This document shows, in pieces, positions 12,132-25,814 of a DNA stretch of 64,000 bases. Every line of letters begins with the position of its first letter. Within the stretch, counting starts at the first letter, position 1. Origin of the DNA: Eledone cirrhosa (lineage: Eukaryota); NCBI GenBank assembly GCA_964016885.1, contig OZ024740.1, forward strand, positions 185,628,001 to 185,692,000, in the 5' to 3' direction. The notes beneath the pieces are model-generated. The model ran no database searches. It worked only from the letters and a program-made list of their open reading frames with translations, and was not told the DNA's origin. The translations under genes were made by a program, and so were the position numbers.

Positions 12132-14260
12132 ATGCAGAAACAACATCTGAATATTTCTACTAAGAACATACCCGTACCAAGCAGAAAACATACCTAAAAC
12201 TCCTGATACAGAAACCAGACGCGTTCATTAAAAGGTTGCGTTGGCGTGCCTTTTATTTCGATAATCCGCGAAAAGCAGACAACAAACAGGATAAATTTGG
12301 ATTTAAAACCTATAAGAACCCCCCGTGGAACCCAGCATTGCTACCTTTCGAAAATGATGTCTTGGAACTCATTCGGAGTATCAACTTTCGGTATAGGAGC
12401 AATTCCATCCAGCAAGACCTGAAGAATAGAATTCGTTCTATTAAGGATTCTAACGCCGTGCACGTCCATTCCGACAAAACTGGCAACCTATATCAAGTGG
12501 AGTGCAGTACTTACCATCAACTACTACATAATGCTGTAACTAAGGATTACCGTAAAACTAATCGGTGCGTCATCAATGAAATCAACGATGCTGGGTTTAA
12601 AATCACATCTGATCTCAACATCCTGGACCGGACCGAACCTCTGGACCCTATTTCTCCACACTTTACTCTGAAGGATCACAAATCCAATTTTCCGAACAAC
12701 CCCTCTATTCGGCTTATTAACCCTACGAAGTCCGATTTAGGTAGATTTAGTAAAACGATTCTTGATAGAATTATACCTGAAATTAGAAGTTTGGCCCCTC
12801 TTGCACTGTGGAACAATTCTTTCGCGGTGATTGATTGGTTCAACGGCATATGTAACAAGGAACATTGCCGTTTTATCCAATTCGACATCAACAATTACTA
12901 CTCCTCCATCACTTTACCACTTCTCCTTAGAGCTATCAATTTCGCTAAAACACTCACAGTCGTTAAGGATTTCGAGGTTGATGTCATCCTCAATGACCGA
13001 AAGTCGGTGATTAATTTCGACGATTCTATTTGGATTAAAAAATCCAATAGTACCCCATTCGACGTGACTATGGTCGCCAGTCACTCTGCGGAGGTTACTG
13101 ATCTTATTGGCCTTTTCCTTCTTTTCTCTATCAAGGACGAATTCCCCAACGCGTGCGGTGGTTTGTACCGTGACGATGGTCTGTTGACCATTACTAAGTG
13201 CGGACCTCGTACTAGCGACAGGTTCAGAAAAGAACTCACAGCCTTCTTTAAAGGCTTCAACCTCTCTATACAGGTTGAGGCCAATCTCTCGGTCGTTAAT
13301 TACCTCGACGTTACCCTCAATTTATTGAATGGGTTGTATTACCCGTATAGAAAGCCGAATGATACGCTTAATTACATAAGTAAGCATTCCAACCATCCTG
13401 CCAGCATAACCAAGAACCTGGTAAGAAACGTTTCGTTGAGGCTTTCCCGTCTTTCCACCAACGAGCGTATTTTCAACGACCATTCCGCTTATTACAATGA
13501 AGCTCTTGCTCGAAGTGGATTTGTCGATAAGGTAGCATTTACAGAGTACGAACATATACCTAGAAGTAATAGATCCCGTCGCATTTGTTGGTATAACCCA
13601 CCATATAATATGGAGGTGGCCACACCATTAGCTAAGATCTTTCTTTCCCTTATTACGGAGCATTTTCCCCCTACACATAAATATAGTAAAATGTTTAATA
13701 TAAATACTATTAACATTTCTTACTCTACGACTCCTAACCTTGCACATAACATCACAGTTGCAAATTTAGCTAAACTACCTAGCCGTAGGAACACATGCAA
13801 CCCTGCAGTTAGTGCTAACTGTAATTGTAGGAATCGGACTGATTGCCCCCTATCCGGGAAATGCCTGTCTAGTAACATTGTCTACAAATGTAAGGTTGTA
13901 ACACCCACGTCCCGTAGGGCCTACATAGGGTTAACCGCCAATAGTTTCAAGCAGCGTCTTTACATGCATACCCATTCTTTTCGTTACCCTCTAAGAAGGA
14001 ATATGACGTCACTTTCAGCTTATATCTGGAGTCTAAAAGACAACCACACCCAATATACGTTACACTGGGAGATCCTAGCTAGGGCTAGATCGTATGACGG
14101 AAATAAAAGACCATGTGACCTCTGCGCTGCTGAGGCCCTGGAAATACTCTACGCCAGAGACCACATCTTAAACAAAAAATCTGAGGCAATTTCGGCTTGT
14201 AAACATAAATTGCACAAAACTTTCCTGTATTACAGCCCCACGTTATACCCTAACGGATAG
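12132..14260 (+). pseudogene. PLE polyprotein (reverse transcriptase + CxCx5C linker + GIY-YIG endonuclease); one N-terminal frameshift
   Basis: ATG at 12132 gives MQKQHLNISTKNIPVPSRK; a shift at the A-run ~12186 continues into YLKLLIQKPDAFIKRLRW and the 674-aa ORF. RT motifs IRLINP, QFDINNYYSSI, GLYRDDGL, NYLDVTLNL; CNCRNRTDCP; GIY-YIG motifs NIVYKC..AYIGLT..FKQRL..H and CDLC..E. Confidence 0.9.
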
Positions 14261-15346
14261 TACGATCTATACATGGATATTTTACGTCTTGATGTGGGAG
14301 CTAAGTATATGTTTTGTTTATTCCTTTACTTATTTGCATAGGTAAGTATATATTACCCGTATGTTTTGTGAAGGTACGTATACCTTCTCGTACGTATATT
14401 TGATTGCTATGGCGTATCATTTTATATATTCTGGTACATAGGGTTTGGCTATGTGTATACGGGAGTTTTGCGTCTGTGTGAGTATGCAGGTTCGTACGGA
14501 TGGTGGGTGTGTGTATATGTGTACTTCTTGTTTTAGTTGACTTACGTCTCCGAACATTCGTGTATTTATATGTAGGTATGTGTGTACGCTTGTTATATAC
14601 ATATTTATGTATTTATATACATTTATATAATTATTTATTTATTTGTATACACGCATACACACACACACATATTTATATGTGCGTGGTTTTGTATTCCTAT
14701 CGTAAGGTTTTGCGTATGCTTGTGTATGTACGTATTTGTTTGCGTGTATGTATTTATTTATTTCTATTACTTCTGTATTGTATTTATTTACTTTCTTCTT
14801 AACTCTGTAGCGGAGATTCATTTGGTCTCCTAGTTAGAATTTTAGTCTACGACTTCTGCTATACCATTTACGTGGTTTCGTCTTTGCGTGCTATTGTTCT
14901 CCACGCTCCACATATGACGTATTATCTTCGTTTTTTCGTTCATTGCCAGAGAACGTCTCTATGCACCACCTAAGAGAACATTAGTCTACGACCTCTTTTA
15001 TACCATAAACGTGGTTCTGTCTTTGCGCGTAATTGTTTTTCACCGCTCCTATTAATGACGTATTATTCGTTTTTTCCCGTTCTTTGCCAGCGAACGTTTC
15101 CACGAACTAAAGTATCGTCTTGCTGTCTTCCTCCGGTTGCAACGTTTTTTTGAAATATCCAGTTCTGCGTTTACAGATTGACTTTGTTAGTTTCAGAAGA
15201 TCCCGTTAAGGGTGAAAGCAGCGATTCTTTGCTTAAACTTTAATCTGTTATTTTAATAAATATTTGCTCTACGGTTCTGATATATTTGATATATATTTAT
15301 CCTCATCGAGCCCTCTTTGGATTTTAGTCTTCAAATTTATTATTAT

Positions 15347-15350
<4 letters not shown>
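14161..15350 (+). repeat. 3' pseudo-LTR (includes variant HHR 15189-15239)
   Basis: Direct repeat of 10899-12090; ends ...TTATTATTACT followed by (TA)n. Confidence 0.9.
15189..15239 (+). ncRNA. Variant hammerhead-like motif (family A) in 3' pLTR
   Basis: Identical to 11927-11977. Confidence 0.7.
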
Positions 15351-15401
<51 letters not shown>

Positions 15402-15404
<3 letters not shown>

Positions 15405-18400
15405 TATATATAAAGTGAAGTTTGGCGTTGTTTGTTTGTTTGGTGTGCCGAACTTGCAGGCTACACCGTTCATTTGATTTTCATGAAACTTGAGACATAT
15501 ATACAACTCGAAGCGTAGATTGGAATAGGCTACCTGAAATTTTCGAAAAATCGATAATCAGGGCCCCAGAAGCCAAACATAGATATTTTCAAAAATCGTC
15601 CGATTTCGATGAAACTAGATGCAAGTATGTATTCTGATCCGGGGATGAATCGGGGCTACATTAAACTCTCGCTAAATCGATAATTGGATCACCAGAAGCA
15701 AAAGTCTATATTTACGAAACGTGTCCGATTCCAATGAAATCTGACGCAGGTATGTATTTTGATGTGGGGATCAACGTGGGTACTTGAAATTTTCAAAAAT
15801 CGATAATCGGACCCCCAGAGGCAAAAGTCCGGCAACCAAAAAACGCCATTCTTCTTGCTTCCATTTGTCGCGACTCCCGCCATGCAAACAACGTTCAATC
15901 TATCAGTATTATCCAACGTAAGTCTCTTTTAATTAACGCTCACCATATTCAGCAAACCTTTTATGCCAATTCTTCCATGTCTTATATAAGGTCTATCAAA
16001 ACTATACCGCCGCGCATCACCCTGTATTGCGCCCAGTCTTCTCAAGCGATCATCGAGCCTCCATGCGCTCACTTCATTCCCGTGGTCCCACTACCGTAGC
16101 ATAATGAGGCATCCGTCAACCCCTGCCCGCTCCCTTCCCTGCACGCCTTCGACCCACTGCATCGTTATGCCTCACCCACCATCAGTCAGCCGCCATCCCC
16201 TCCTCAGCCTTTTATTCTGCCTGCCCGCCGTGCTCCTTCAAGACTGCCATGCCTAACCAAGCAGCATCCATGCCACCGTCAATCTCTGCCCTCTCCCTGA
16301 CTCGCACACCTTGGTCTCTCACAATTTCCATGGCTCACCATGCGGCATTCCAGCCCTGTCAGCAACTGTGTTCAGATGTCATCAGCATGGTTTATTCCTG
16401 CGCCGAACATAACCGCCGATTATCTCAGACCAAAAACAGCACCGAACACGAAGACGATCCTGTGTAAGTCTTTTTTACATTCATCTTGACCACATTTAAC
16501 ACAATTAAACAAACATTCATCCCTTTCTCCTCCAAAGCCTACCGATCATGTACGGCCGATAAACATCCTGCTTTGCACCCGGTTTTCTCAAACAATCATC
16601 GTGCCTCCCGGTGCTCTCTACATTCCCGAAGTGCAACTCAATTGGCATGCCGCATCCACGCCCTGTCAGCCGCCACGCACCCTACCCTTTGGTCATGCCT
16701 CATCATGTTGTATCCCTGCCCTGTCAGCCGCCATCCACTCCCCGACCCTTTCCACTGTCTAGGCATGGCAGTCTTGAGGGACCAAGTCACATCCCTGCCA
16801 CCGGCAACCCCTGCCCTCTCCGTTCCCTTCACGCCGTCGTCCCAGTGCATCGTCATGCATCACCATGCCGCATCAATGCTCTGTCAGCCGCCACCCACTC
16901 CTCGGCCCTTTTTTTGCCTGCCCGCAGTGCTCCTTCAAGACTGCCATGGCTCACCATGCGGCATCCTTGCCTCCGTCCACCCCTACATTATTCCTTGCCT
17001 GCTGGCCGTCGTCCCACTGCATCGTCATGTCTCAGGATGCCGCACCCATGCACTGTCAGCTACCATCCCCTCCTCGGCCCTTTCTTTTTCCTGAGCGCCG
17101 TGCACCTTCAAGACTCCCATGGCTATCTATGCCGCATCAAGTCCTTGCCACCCGCTTAAACGACATCAGCATGGCTTATTGTTGCCCCATATGACCACCG
17201 ATTTTTGCATGCTAAACACAAAACCAACGTGCACGATAGTCCATGCAAAATCTTTTTAATTAAATGTACATCATGCTAAGCAAAAGATGAATAACAACTC
17301 TTTCATTTCTCCTGACATGCCTTTCTGTCAATTATGGTCGAGATGCATCCTGTGTAGCATCGCGTCTTCTGAAGCGATCAGCGTTCCTTCCACTGTCCTC
17401 ACAATTGACTCACAACACAGCATCTATTCCCAGCGACGTCCTTAACATCATCAGCGTGGCTTATTTTTCTGCCGCGTTTAACCGGCCCTCATTCTAGGCC
17501 ATAAACAAAAAAACCGCACGATGATGCTGCGTAAGTCTATTTAAATTAATGGTCAACATGTTCAGCAAAACAATTGTACCAATTCTTCCTCTTCACCTCC
17601 AAGGCCTATCCATTACATCTTAGAGGTCGGGATTCGCAATTTCTACGAGTTCAATATTGACACAACAATTCGTCAGGTTTTTCGGCACATATTGCTCCGA
17701 TAGGAATATCAACGTGATTCTCATTTAATTCGTAAGCGTTCTGTCTTCTGTATGCTTTTATTTTTTATTGATACAACACCGACTATAATCATCTAACTTC
17801 ACTTTGTAGGCTAGACGCGAATCACAACGAAAAAAATCCTCTGATATACAACCAAATTATTTGGTCTACATAGATTTCAAATGCTATATCCTTTGCTTTC
17901 GTACGGTTGTACATTTGACAATGTCGCAAAACGTTATTCCACTTGGTTCTTACCTTTCAGCTATGAATTGGGCAGTGCCGTAAAATCCAGGTATATTTGC
18001 GTGCAATTTTTTGATATCTTATGAATGGAAAATCGAAAACCCTTTTTCTCATAACCTGATACATGCGTTACACATGCTCCATGGATGTTTGTGGACTATT
18101 TTTTCAAAATACCAATATCACAGATTGGAGCACAAAAGAAACGTTTGTTCTTCATTTATTTCGGTTAAATAATCCTGCTGGAATTTAGCGCAGACCCGTT
18201 TAAATCCAGTGCCTTATAACCCTGATTGTAACCGGGTAAACTAGCTAGAAAGACAAATAGAAACATTGTTTCCTCGGTCCAATTTGACGAAAGTCGATTT
18301 AGTTCCACAACAAATTAACAAACGATACTTGAAGACACGTTGAGGCTGTTGCAAAGGGCAATAACCCTAAACACAATTTTGATCAACTTTTTTTCTCCTA

Positions 18401-18946
18401 TAGTAAATTTACCGGGACAGGTTTTTAGCTACTCAAATCTACTTCAGAGGTCACGCATTCATGTAAAAAATCAATAAGACTAAAGCTGAGGTTCGACTTT
18501 GTGCAAACAACAAGGCAAAGCTGCACATGGGAAAACTTTTTACGGGAACGTCCGATTTTCTTGAAAACTATCGCAAAAGACTCGCCATTATGCCGCGGTT
18601 CAGATAAAGTCCCTTTTATTTCTTCTTCTGCATATGTGAACGCGAAAATTGTAAAAAAAAAAACTGTAAAACGATAGACTTTTTCACCCTGCTTTAAAAA
18701 TCAACTGAAAATTCAATTTCAAGTGAATTTGACTTCCGTCATTCGTGCAAAGAACAATTTTAACGATACACTGTGAACCTACAATTGATCCATTATTTAT
18801 GCTGAACACCTGCGTCTACTAACCTCTGTTTTTTTTTCCTTAAAGTTCGAAGGTTTTTCCACCTGTGATGCGCGGGAAGTAACTTTCACACATTTTAACA
18901 ACATAGCAAAGGTCGACTTACACCCGGGCAACGCCGGGTACTTCTG

Positions 18947-18950
<4 letters not shown>
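15402..18950 (+). mobile_element. Probable non-autonomous Helitron
   Basis: 5' A|TCTTATATATAAAG followed by (GTTT)n and three ~125-bp subterminal repeats (CCGATTTCGATGAAACT-like, ~15470-15840). 3' hairpin ACCCGG-GCAACG-CCGGGT (18922-18939), then CTAA|T (CTRR-type end). No RepHel ORF. Confidence 0.6.
16120..17200 (+). repeat. GC-rich diverged tandem repeats inside the Helitron
   Basis: TGTCAGCCGCCA(T/C)CC(C/A)CTCCTCGGCCC...CTTCAAGACTGCCATGGCT recurs at ~16185, 16665, 16724, 16884 and 17055; a larger unit CATCAGC(A/G)TGG(C/T)TTATT recurs at ~16380, 17164 and 17450. Confidence 0.7.
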
Positions 18951-19002
<52 letters not shown>

Positions 19003-19047
19003 TATATTTATATATATATATATGTTTATATATATATATATATACAC

Positions 19048-19166
<119 letters not shown>

Positions 19167-19221
19167 TATATATATATATACACATATATATGTATATATA
19201 TTTATATATATATATATATAT

Positions 19222-19642
19222 GCAGAGGTTATGTTTAATTTGTTGGGATTCAACAAGCTTAAACATGTTATAACTGATAGAAAGCGCACTCAACAGATTA
19301 GTGGAGTAAATATTCAATATATTAATAAATGGAAACTATATTTATAAAACCATAATTATTATATTATATATATTTCAAGGGCAACAAAGGCAAATTATGG
19401 TGCGCATTCATCAGATAAATTACAGATTTGTTTTATAAATTAATATTGACATACCCGGAAAAAGACAACCTTAACGGTTGAAGTTCCCTGTCTTTTTTCC
19501 GGGTATGTTGATATTTATTTATAAAACAAATCTGTATTTTATTTGATGAAAGCGCACCATAATTTGCCTTGGTTGCCCTTGAAATATATATAATAAAATA
19601 ATTATGGTTTTATAAATATAGTTTCCATTAATTAATATATTG
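19222..19642. mobile_element. Fold-back pLTR mini-element (family B) with an HHR on each arm
   Basis: Tail 19222-19315; inverted arms ~19316-19468 and ~19489-19642. Minus HHR 19359-19419 (CTGATGA...GAAA TATATA TA); plus HHR 19536-19599 (core mutated to TTGATGA). Flanked by (TA)n. Confidence 0.75.
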
Positions 19643-19703
19643 TGTATATATATATAGTATAAAAAAACGAAAAATCAGTGATGCATTTGAACCCAGTTTA
19701 TTG

Positions 19704-19794
19704 CGTGTTACAATTGTTTCGTCGGCAGGTAGCTCGAGACATGATCACTGCATGGATCTGACTGATTCTACGGCTGCAGGTTCCTTCGGACACG
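19704..19794 (-). ncRNA. Degenerate or variant hammerhead-like motif
   Basis: Minus strand: CGTGT CCGAAGG ... GAC GAAA CAATTG TA^ ACACG. Stem I CGTGT/ACACG and palindromic stem III ACAATTGT are intact, but the core deviates from CTGANGA and stem II is weak. Confidence 0.4.
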
Positions 19795-20570
19795 GGTAGT
19801 TCGTTCGGGGCATATTTTATCATTGAGGTGTTGTCGTCACAAGAACACCTTCAAAAAACATATTCCACTCCTGTCATGCCATTGGCTGTTCCCATTCCAC
19901 GTCATCTTAAGTTCTGGTCACTATTTACTGCTACACGGGTCATCACCCATTTTCCCTCCGACACACTTCAATGGAGTCATGCTGGGTTCGGTATCTCACA
20001 CGTCTGTTCACATTCCAGAGTATGTACTCACACATACACACCCACACATATACACACGCACGGGCAGACACAGACACATGCGTGCATACACAAATGTAAG
20101 CATACATTCGTAGACACACATAGCCCCATGCACATATACACACGCACACACTCTCCCTCTCTTCAAGAAACCCAGGCACACCCACTTCTAGATACCGACC
20201 GCCACAAGCCTATTAGCGCCTGCCTGAACCGTGCCATACATCCGGTCCCACATGCACGCAATTCGCACACACGCGCATAGAGACACGTCTAAATACACAC
20301 ACGTTTATATAAATCCGTATACAAACACATATACACACCCTGTCCTATGTGGGCGTACGTACGCGCCCACACACACACAACCACCGACAGATACTCACAC
20401 CATATATATTTTTTTTTCTATCTCTATATGTGTGTGTGGGTACATAGACACACACACACATACACACGCATACAGACACACACGTATACACACGTATACA
20501 CATATATATATATATGTATACGCACACATACATACACATACACATGTACAGAAATATATATGTGAAAAAA

Positions 20571-20634
<64 letters not shown>

Positions 20635-20671
20635 AAATGTGGAGAGGAAGCACACAAGTTAGGATATATAT

Positions 20672-21390
20672 ATATATATGAAAACAGGGAGAAAGAGACC
20701 ATTATTAGGAAGAAAAATGTACTTTTTTCCGTTTTTGTTTCTCTCTCTCTCTCTCTCTTTTTTTTTGGGGGGGGGGGGGGGGGGTTAGAACATGATTAAA
20801 ACGAAATGTTTTACTTTGTGTTAAGATATTAGTTGATTTATTTATTATTTACAAATGGCATTTATTTATCTATTTATCTATTTAATAATTGTCTATAAGC
20901 GGTTTCAGCATGTTTATGCATTATCAAATGATATATTAACATATTTTGATCTGCTTAACTACAATAACTATTCGTGTAAATAACATTAGTTTTTCTTTCA
21001 CATTGAGTTTTTATTCTCTATATTATGCACGTTTTTTTTTCTTTTCCTTTTTTCTTTTCACTTCATAAACATTGTTTGTAAATAACATTATTCTTTCTGC
21101 ACCTTCTTTTTAACGTGTGCGACACCACACTAATACATTTCACTATCATTTTATAATGCATAAAAATGATGAAACCGGTAATATACAATTATTAAATATA
21201 TAAATAGATAAATAAATGCAATTGTTAAATAATACATTAATTAATTAATACCTAAACACTTCACACAAAGTAAAACATTTCGTTTTAATCATTTTCTAAC
21301 CCAGAAAAATGAGAGAGAGAAACAAAAAAGTAAAAAAATATATTTTTCTTCCTAATAATCGTCTCTTTCTCCCTGTTTTCATATATATAT
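20672..21390. repeat. Diverged long inverted repeat (older fold-back element)
   Basis: ATGAAAACAGGGAGAAAGAGAC...(to ~20932) mirrors ~21145-21390 (...GTCTCTTTCTCCCTGTTTTCAT); a GAAA-CCGG-TA half-motif lies at 21171. Confidence 0.7.
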
Positions 21391-21392
21391 AT

Positions 21393-21458
21393 CAGAAGAT
21401 CCCTTTAAGGGTGAAAGCAGCGATTCTTTGCTTAAACTTTAATCTGTTATTTTAATAA

Positions 21459-21462
<4 letters not shown>
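21393..21462 (+). mobile_element. Family A pLTR 3' fragment with CAGAAGA motif
   Basis: CAGAAGATCCCTTTAAGGGTGAAAGCAGCGATTCTTTGCTTAAACTTTAATCTGTTATTTTAATAAAT matches 11932-12000. Confidence 0.85.
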
Positions 21463-22087
<625 letters not shown>

Positions 22088-22101
22088 ATATATATATATA
22101 T

Positions 22102-22292
22102 GAAAAAGTATGACCCCGACGGCAGAGCTCAAGCCGTTTCGACGGCTATTTCTGGACAGAAATAGCCGTCGAAACGGCTTGAGCTCTGCAGTCGCGGTCA
22201 TACTGTTTCCTATTTCCCACTCTACTACTCTAAGTATTGAGTACTCTGGTGCTTTATTGTCCATCTGGTTCCTTACCACATTTCCTTTGTTA
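22102..22292. mobile_element. Hairpin mini-element of the 1972-2067 HHR family plus tail
   Basis: Palindrome with arms ~22102-22154 and ~22157-22209 built from GACCCCGACGGCAGAGCTCAAGCCGTTTCGACGGCTATTTC; the tail CCCACTCTACTACTCTAAGTATTGAGTACT is also seen at 48930 and, diverged, at 26333-26410 (minus). Confidence 0.75.
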
Positions 22293-22689
22293 TATATATA
22301 TATATTTAATGGCTGCTCCCTCATTACCGAGTATGGCCATTGCACGATATAGCATTATCGATAATTATCAATTAATGCTATTGTACAATGCCTATGCGTG
22401 AAGATTTTTTTAAAGTTAGGAAAGACTGTGCACAGAGCCAAACCCACGCTCTAAACGACAGTAGCTATAATCCGATAAGAAGAATATATCAACATCATCG
22501 GTAACTACAGAGCCGCAGCTTTTGTGTCGGCGTTATCGCTCTTTCCTGTGTTGCTTCTCCTCGAAGAATGTCCTGACAAAGGCTAGGGGAATTCCACTCC
22601 CAGTGATTTAACCGCGCGATCGGGTATCTAGCATGATTATTTCTATGACCCCGCACATATATACTCATATGTATATACATATTTACACA

Positions 22690-22860
22690 TTTTTGGATGG
22701 CCGTTGACTCATGAGTTCTTTCGCCCTTTATTAGGTTTTGGTTTTTGTACTGTAGGGTGTCCAAGTAAACTTGGTGGGGTTGCCAGTTTAGTCACCGACG
22801 ACCCGTCCATGTGACAGATTGTACTCGGTTATGTGTTACCAGTAGCACTCAAGTGTGACG
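22690..22860 (-). mobile_element. 5' fragment of the same RTE-related family as 8661-8852
   Basis: Minus strand GTGCTACTGGTAACA...GGGTCGTCGGTGACTAAACTGGCAACCCCACCAAG...ATGAGTCAACGGCCATCCAAAA aligns by eye with 8673-8852. Confidence 0.7.
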
Positions 22861-23936
22861 CGACATATGTATAACAACTTATCCCCTTCTTTAAGTTCCA
22901 CTTGAGAAAGAAGGTGAGAGTGGAGAGAGCGGTGCTACACCCCAGTAAATTCGCTGAAAGGTGGGTGAATGTGGTGAAAATGGCCCGAGTGAATGGTCCT
23001 GTAGGTTGACGAAGATAAACAGAGGGAAGACAGGAACACCTACAAAACGTATTCCTCATGTGGAGGGTTGTTCTATCCACGGGGTGTAAAACAACCCTGC
23101 AGTAACGTTCCCCCCTATTGAGGATTTCAATTGTTATTTTATTATATATAGTTTATTGTTATTTATTAATGTTAAATATATAAGATTTTTATGTAAATCC
23201 CCCGCCATCATGCCGTGTAATGTCCCATTTCTGTACGCCCCTGTGGCAGATAAAAAAAGATATCTATCTATCTATACATCAATAAAGAAATATATCATCT
23301 ATACATTTAATATCTGTACATTTATCCATCTATCTATTCATTTATCTATAGACCTATCTGTATATCCGATATTTAACCTCATATTATATTCAGCTTCCTT
23401 TTAATCTTAACTTTTATCTCTTCATCTGAATGCAACAGCTTATGAATAATATAAAATGGAATCAATAAATATTCATCCTAATCAGAATTTAACCTTTGGT
23501 AATATAATATTTTCAATGAAGAAAATAAGTTCAGTTCGTTATCTTTATCTCCCTTTTAAAATTTCACAACTTTTGGAATTCTTTAACACATATTTCAGAA
23601 TATCGAAAATAATGAGGTAATGTTGTTTATTTTCAGATATAAAAAAATAATAAATTCAAAATATCGATGAATCAACATACATACCCTCGCTAACGTTGCG
23701 GTATCATTGTACGTTGTATTATTCTTTAAATGTCGCTATTGATCTTAATCGTATATGCATTTATAAGCAGGTGTGTACATTAACTAATAACATTTAAAAC
23801 TAGCTTTTTTTCTTGTTTAACTTAATTTAGATATACGCCTACGCTAGCGTCTATGTTGTCCCTAACACAACAAATTATCATACAGACACACTCACACAAC
23901 CGCACACATATACACGCACCCACACACACACTCACA

Positions 23937-24013
<77 letters not shown>

Positions 24014-25093
24014 TAAGAATGAGAGATTGAAGTTTCAATTCAACATATTTTATTCCTAATACCGCATACCACTTATTTCACAAAAGACCAACTCGTAGCC
24101 GTAATCGATCAAGACTTCAAGTTGGTCATTTGCGAACAATGTGTTACGCGTAATAACGAACGAACTGTTATTTTGATACGCACACTCCATAATACACCAA
24201 TGACATACATATATTGGTGTCTATAGAAACTTTTAACGTTCATATGCAATTCACTGATGGTATGGTGCTCAAAGAGGGGTCTACAGAAGTAGCATAACAT
24301 TACTCACTAAATGGCTATATATATATATATATATATATAAATATATATATATGTGTGTGAGTGTGTGTGTGTGTGTGTGTGTGCACGTGTTTGTATGCGT
24401 GTGTGTGTATGCGTCTATTTGTGTTTGTAAATGTGTACAGCATTTTTGTACTTTTTATTGATGGAAATAAGGGCAATACCATGACACATTTCAAGGTTTT
24501 CGAGGCTTGTTCTCAAACAAGAAATCTTGTCCTCGTGCTTACAAATCTCAGGTCCGTTGTTAAACCGAGTGATGGATTGTCGCATATTTTGATATAATAA
24601 TCTCGTATGTCTTTGAGGTGTGATTGAAAATTCTCTGGGATTCTGTTCGCATGGTTGTTGTATTCAACAGAAACATGTGTGTAGCAGATGATCATTGGTA
24701 GCCATTCTATCGAAATAATTCAGAAATAAGTTTCAGGATATCTACACATTTTATATTAGGTGAAGCTTTGTAATGTTGTGTTAGGGCCACAGCGTTTTTT
24801 TACGAAGGCTGATCAATTTTAGCAACCTCTCTGTATTAAAGCTTGCATGAACATTTATGGAATATGATTTTTTTACTTTCATTTTCTTCAGTGTGTAAAT
24901 AAATTAAACTAATATATATTTTTGTGAAGTTTGATTGAAACCTAAGGGTTGAAGAGGCTAAACAGTATAGCAACCTCCAATTCCTATTATTGCCTTAGTT
25001 TGAGTGTGAAATATAACTCACCTGCAATGTTAAGAACTAAATATTCCGACGTTTACCCTTAAATCTATCCCACTTTCAGTCTTTTTCTCTCTG

Positions 25094-25150
<57 letters not shown>

Positions 25151-25732
25151 TGTGTGTGTGTGTGTGTGTGCGCGCGAGCGAGTGTGTCTGTGTGTATGCA
25201 TGTATCAATTATAATCAGCTTCGTTTATATAGTTAACTTTTCTACTTTTACATCATTATACAATGAATCACTACTGATACAATGCTGCTGTCCAGCAATC
25301 TCTCCGAAGTGGAGAACCAATTATGAGAGATAAATTTAACGTCTTCTTAAGTGTTTTGTCTAATGTCTCTTAGAACAGACTTGGCCGATCCTTTTCACGT
25401 GGTGTCGATTTAATTCTATTTTCAACTAATACGCATATGTATAACATTATTTCTCAATCCTTTTTTTGACAGTAAACAGGAACACTGCAGATAAATCATT
25501 TTCCCAATTTTATAGACCCTGTCATTCGCCCACTTTTTCTCCTATTCATTTTCTTTTGTATCCCTGGTTTCTCTCTCTTTCCCTATTTCCCTCCTCACAC
25601 AATTATTGATACATACTACACACCTGTATACAGTCAATAAACAGAAACATATCGAATTGTATTAATAACATTGTACGTATAGAGTAAGATATTACACATA
25701 GACACACATAAACACACACGCGCTCGCGCACG

Positions 25733-25763
<31 letters not shown>

Positions 25764-25814
25764 CACACACACATATATATATATATATATATCTTTATTT
25801 TCTTTTTCGTTCTC

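Larger units (their letters stand above)
10632..15350 (+). mobile_element. Penelope-like retroelement (Naiad-type), near full length: inverted partial pLTR + pLTR + ORF + pLTR
   Basis: Central RT/GIY-YIG ORF; ~1.2-kb direct repeats 10899-12090 and 14161-15350 that overlap the ORF 3' end; inverted partial copy 10632-10898; both ends in (TA)n. Confidence 0.92.

Noticed and set aside
16249-17194. Overlapping 72-202 aa ORFs
   Set aside because: They arise from GC-rich tandem repeats that are open in several frames; no domain motif.
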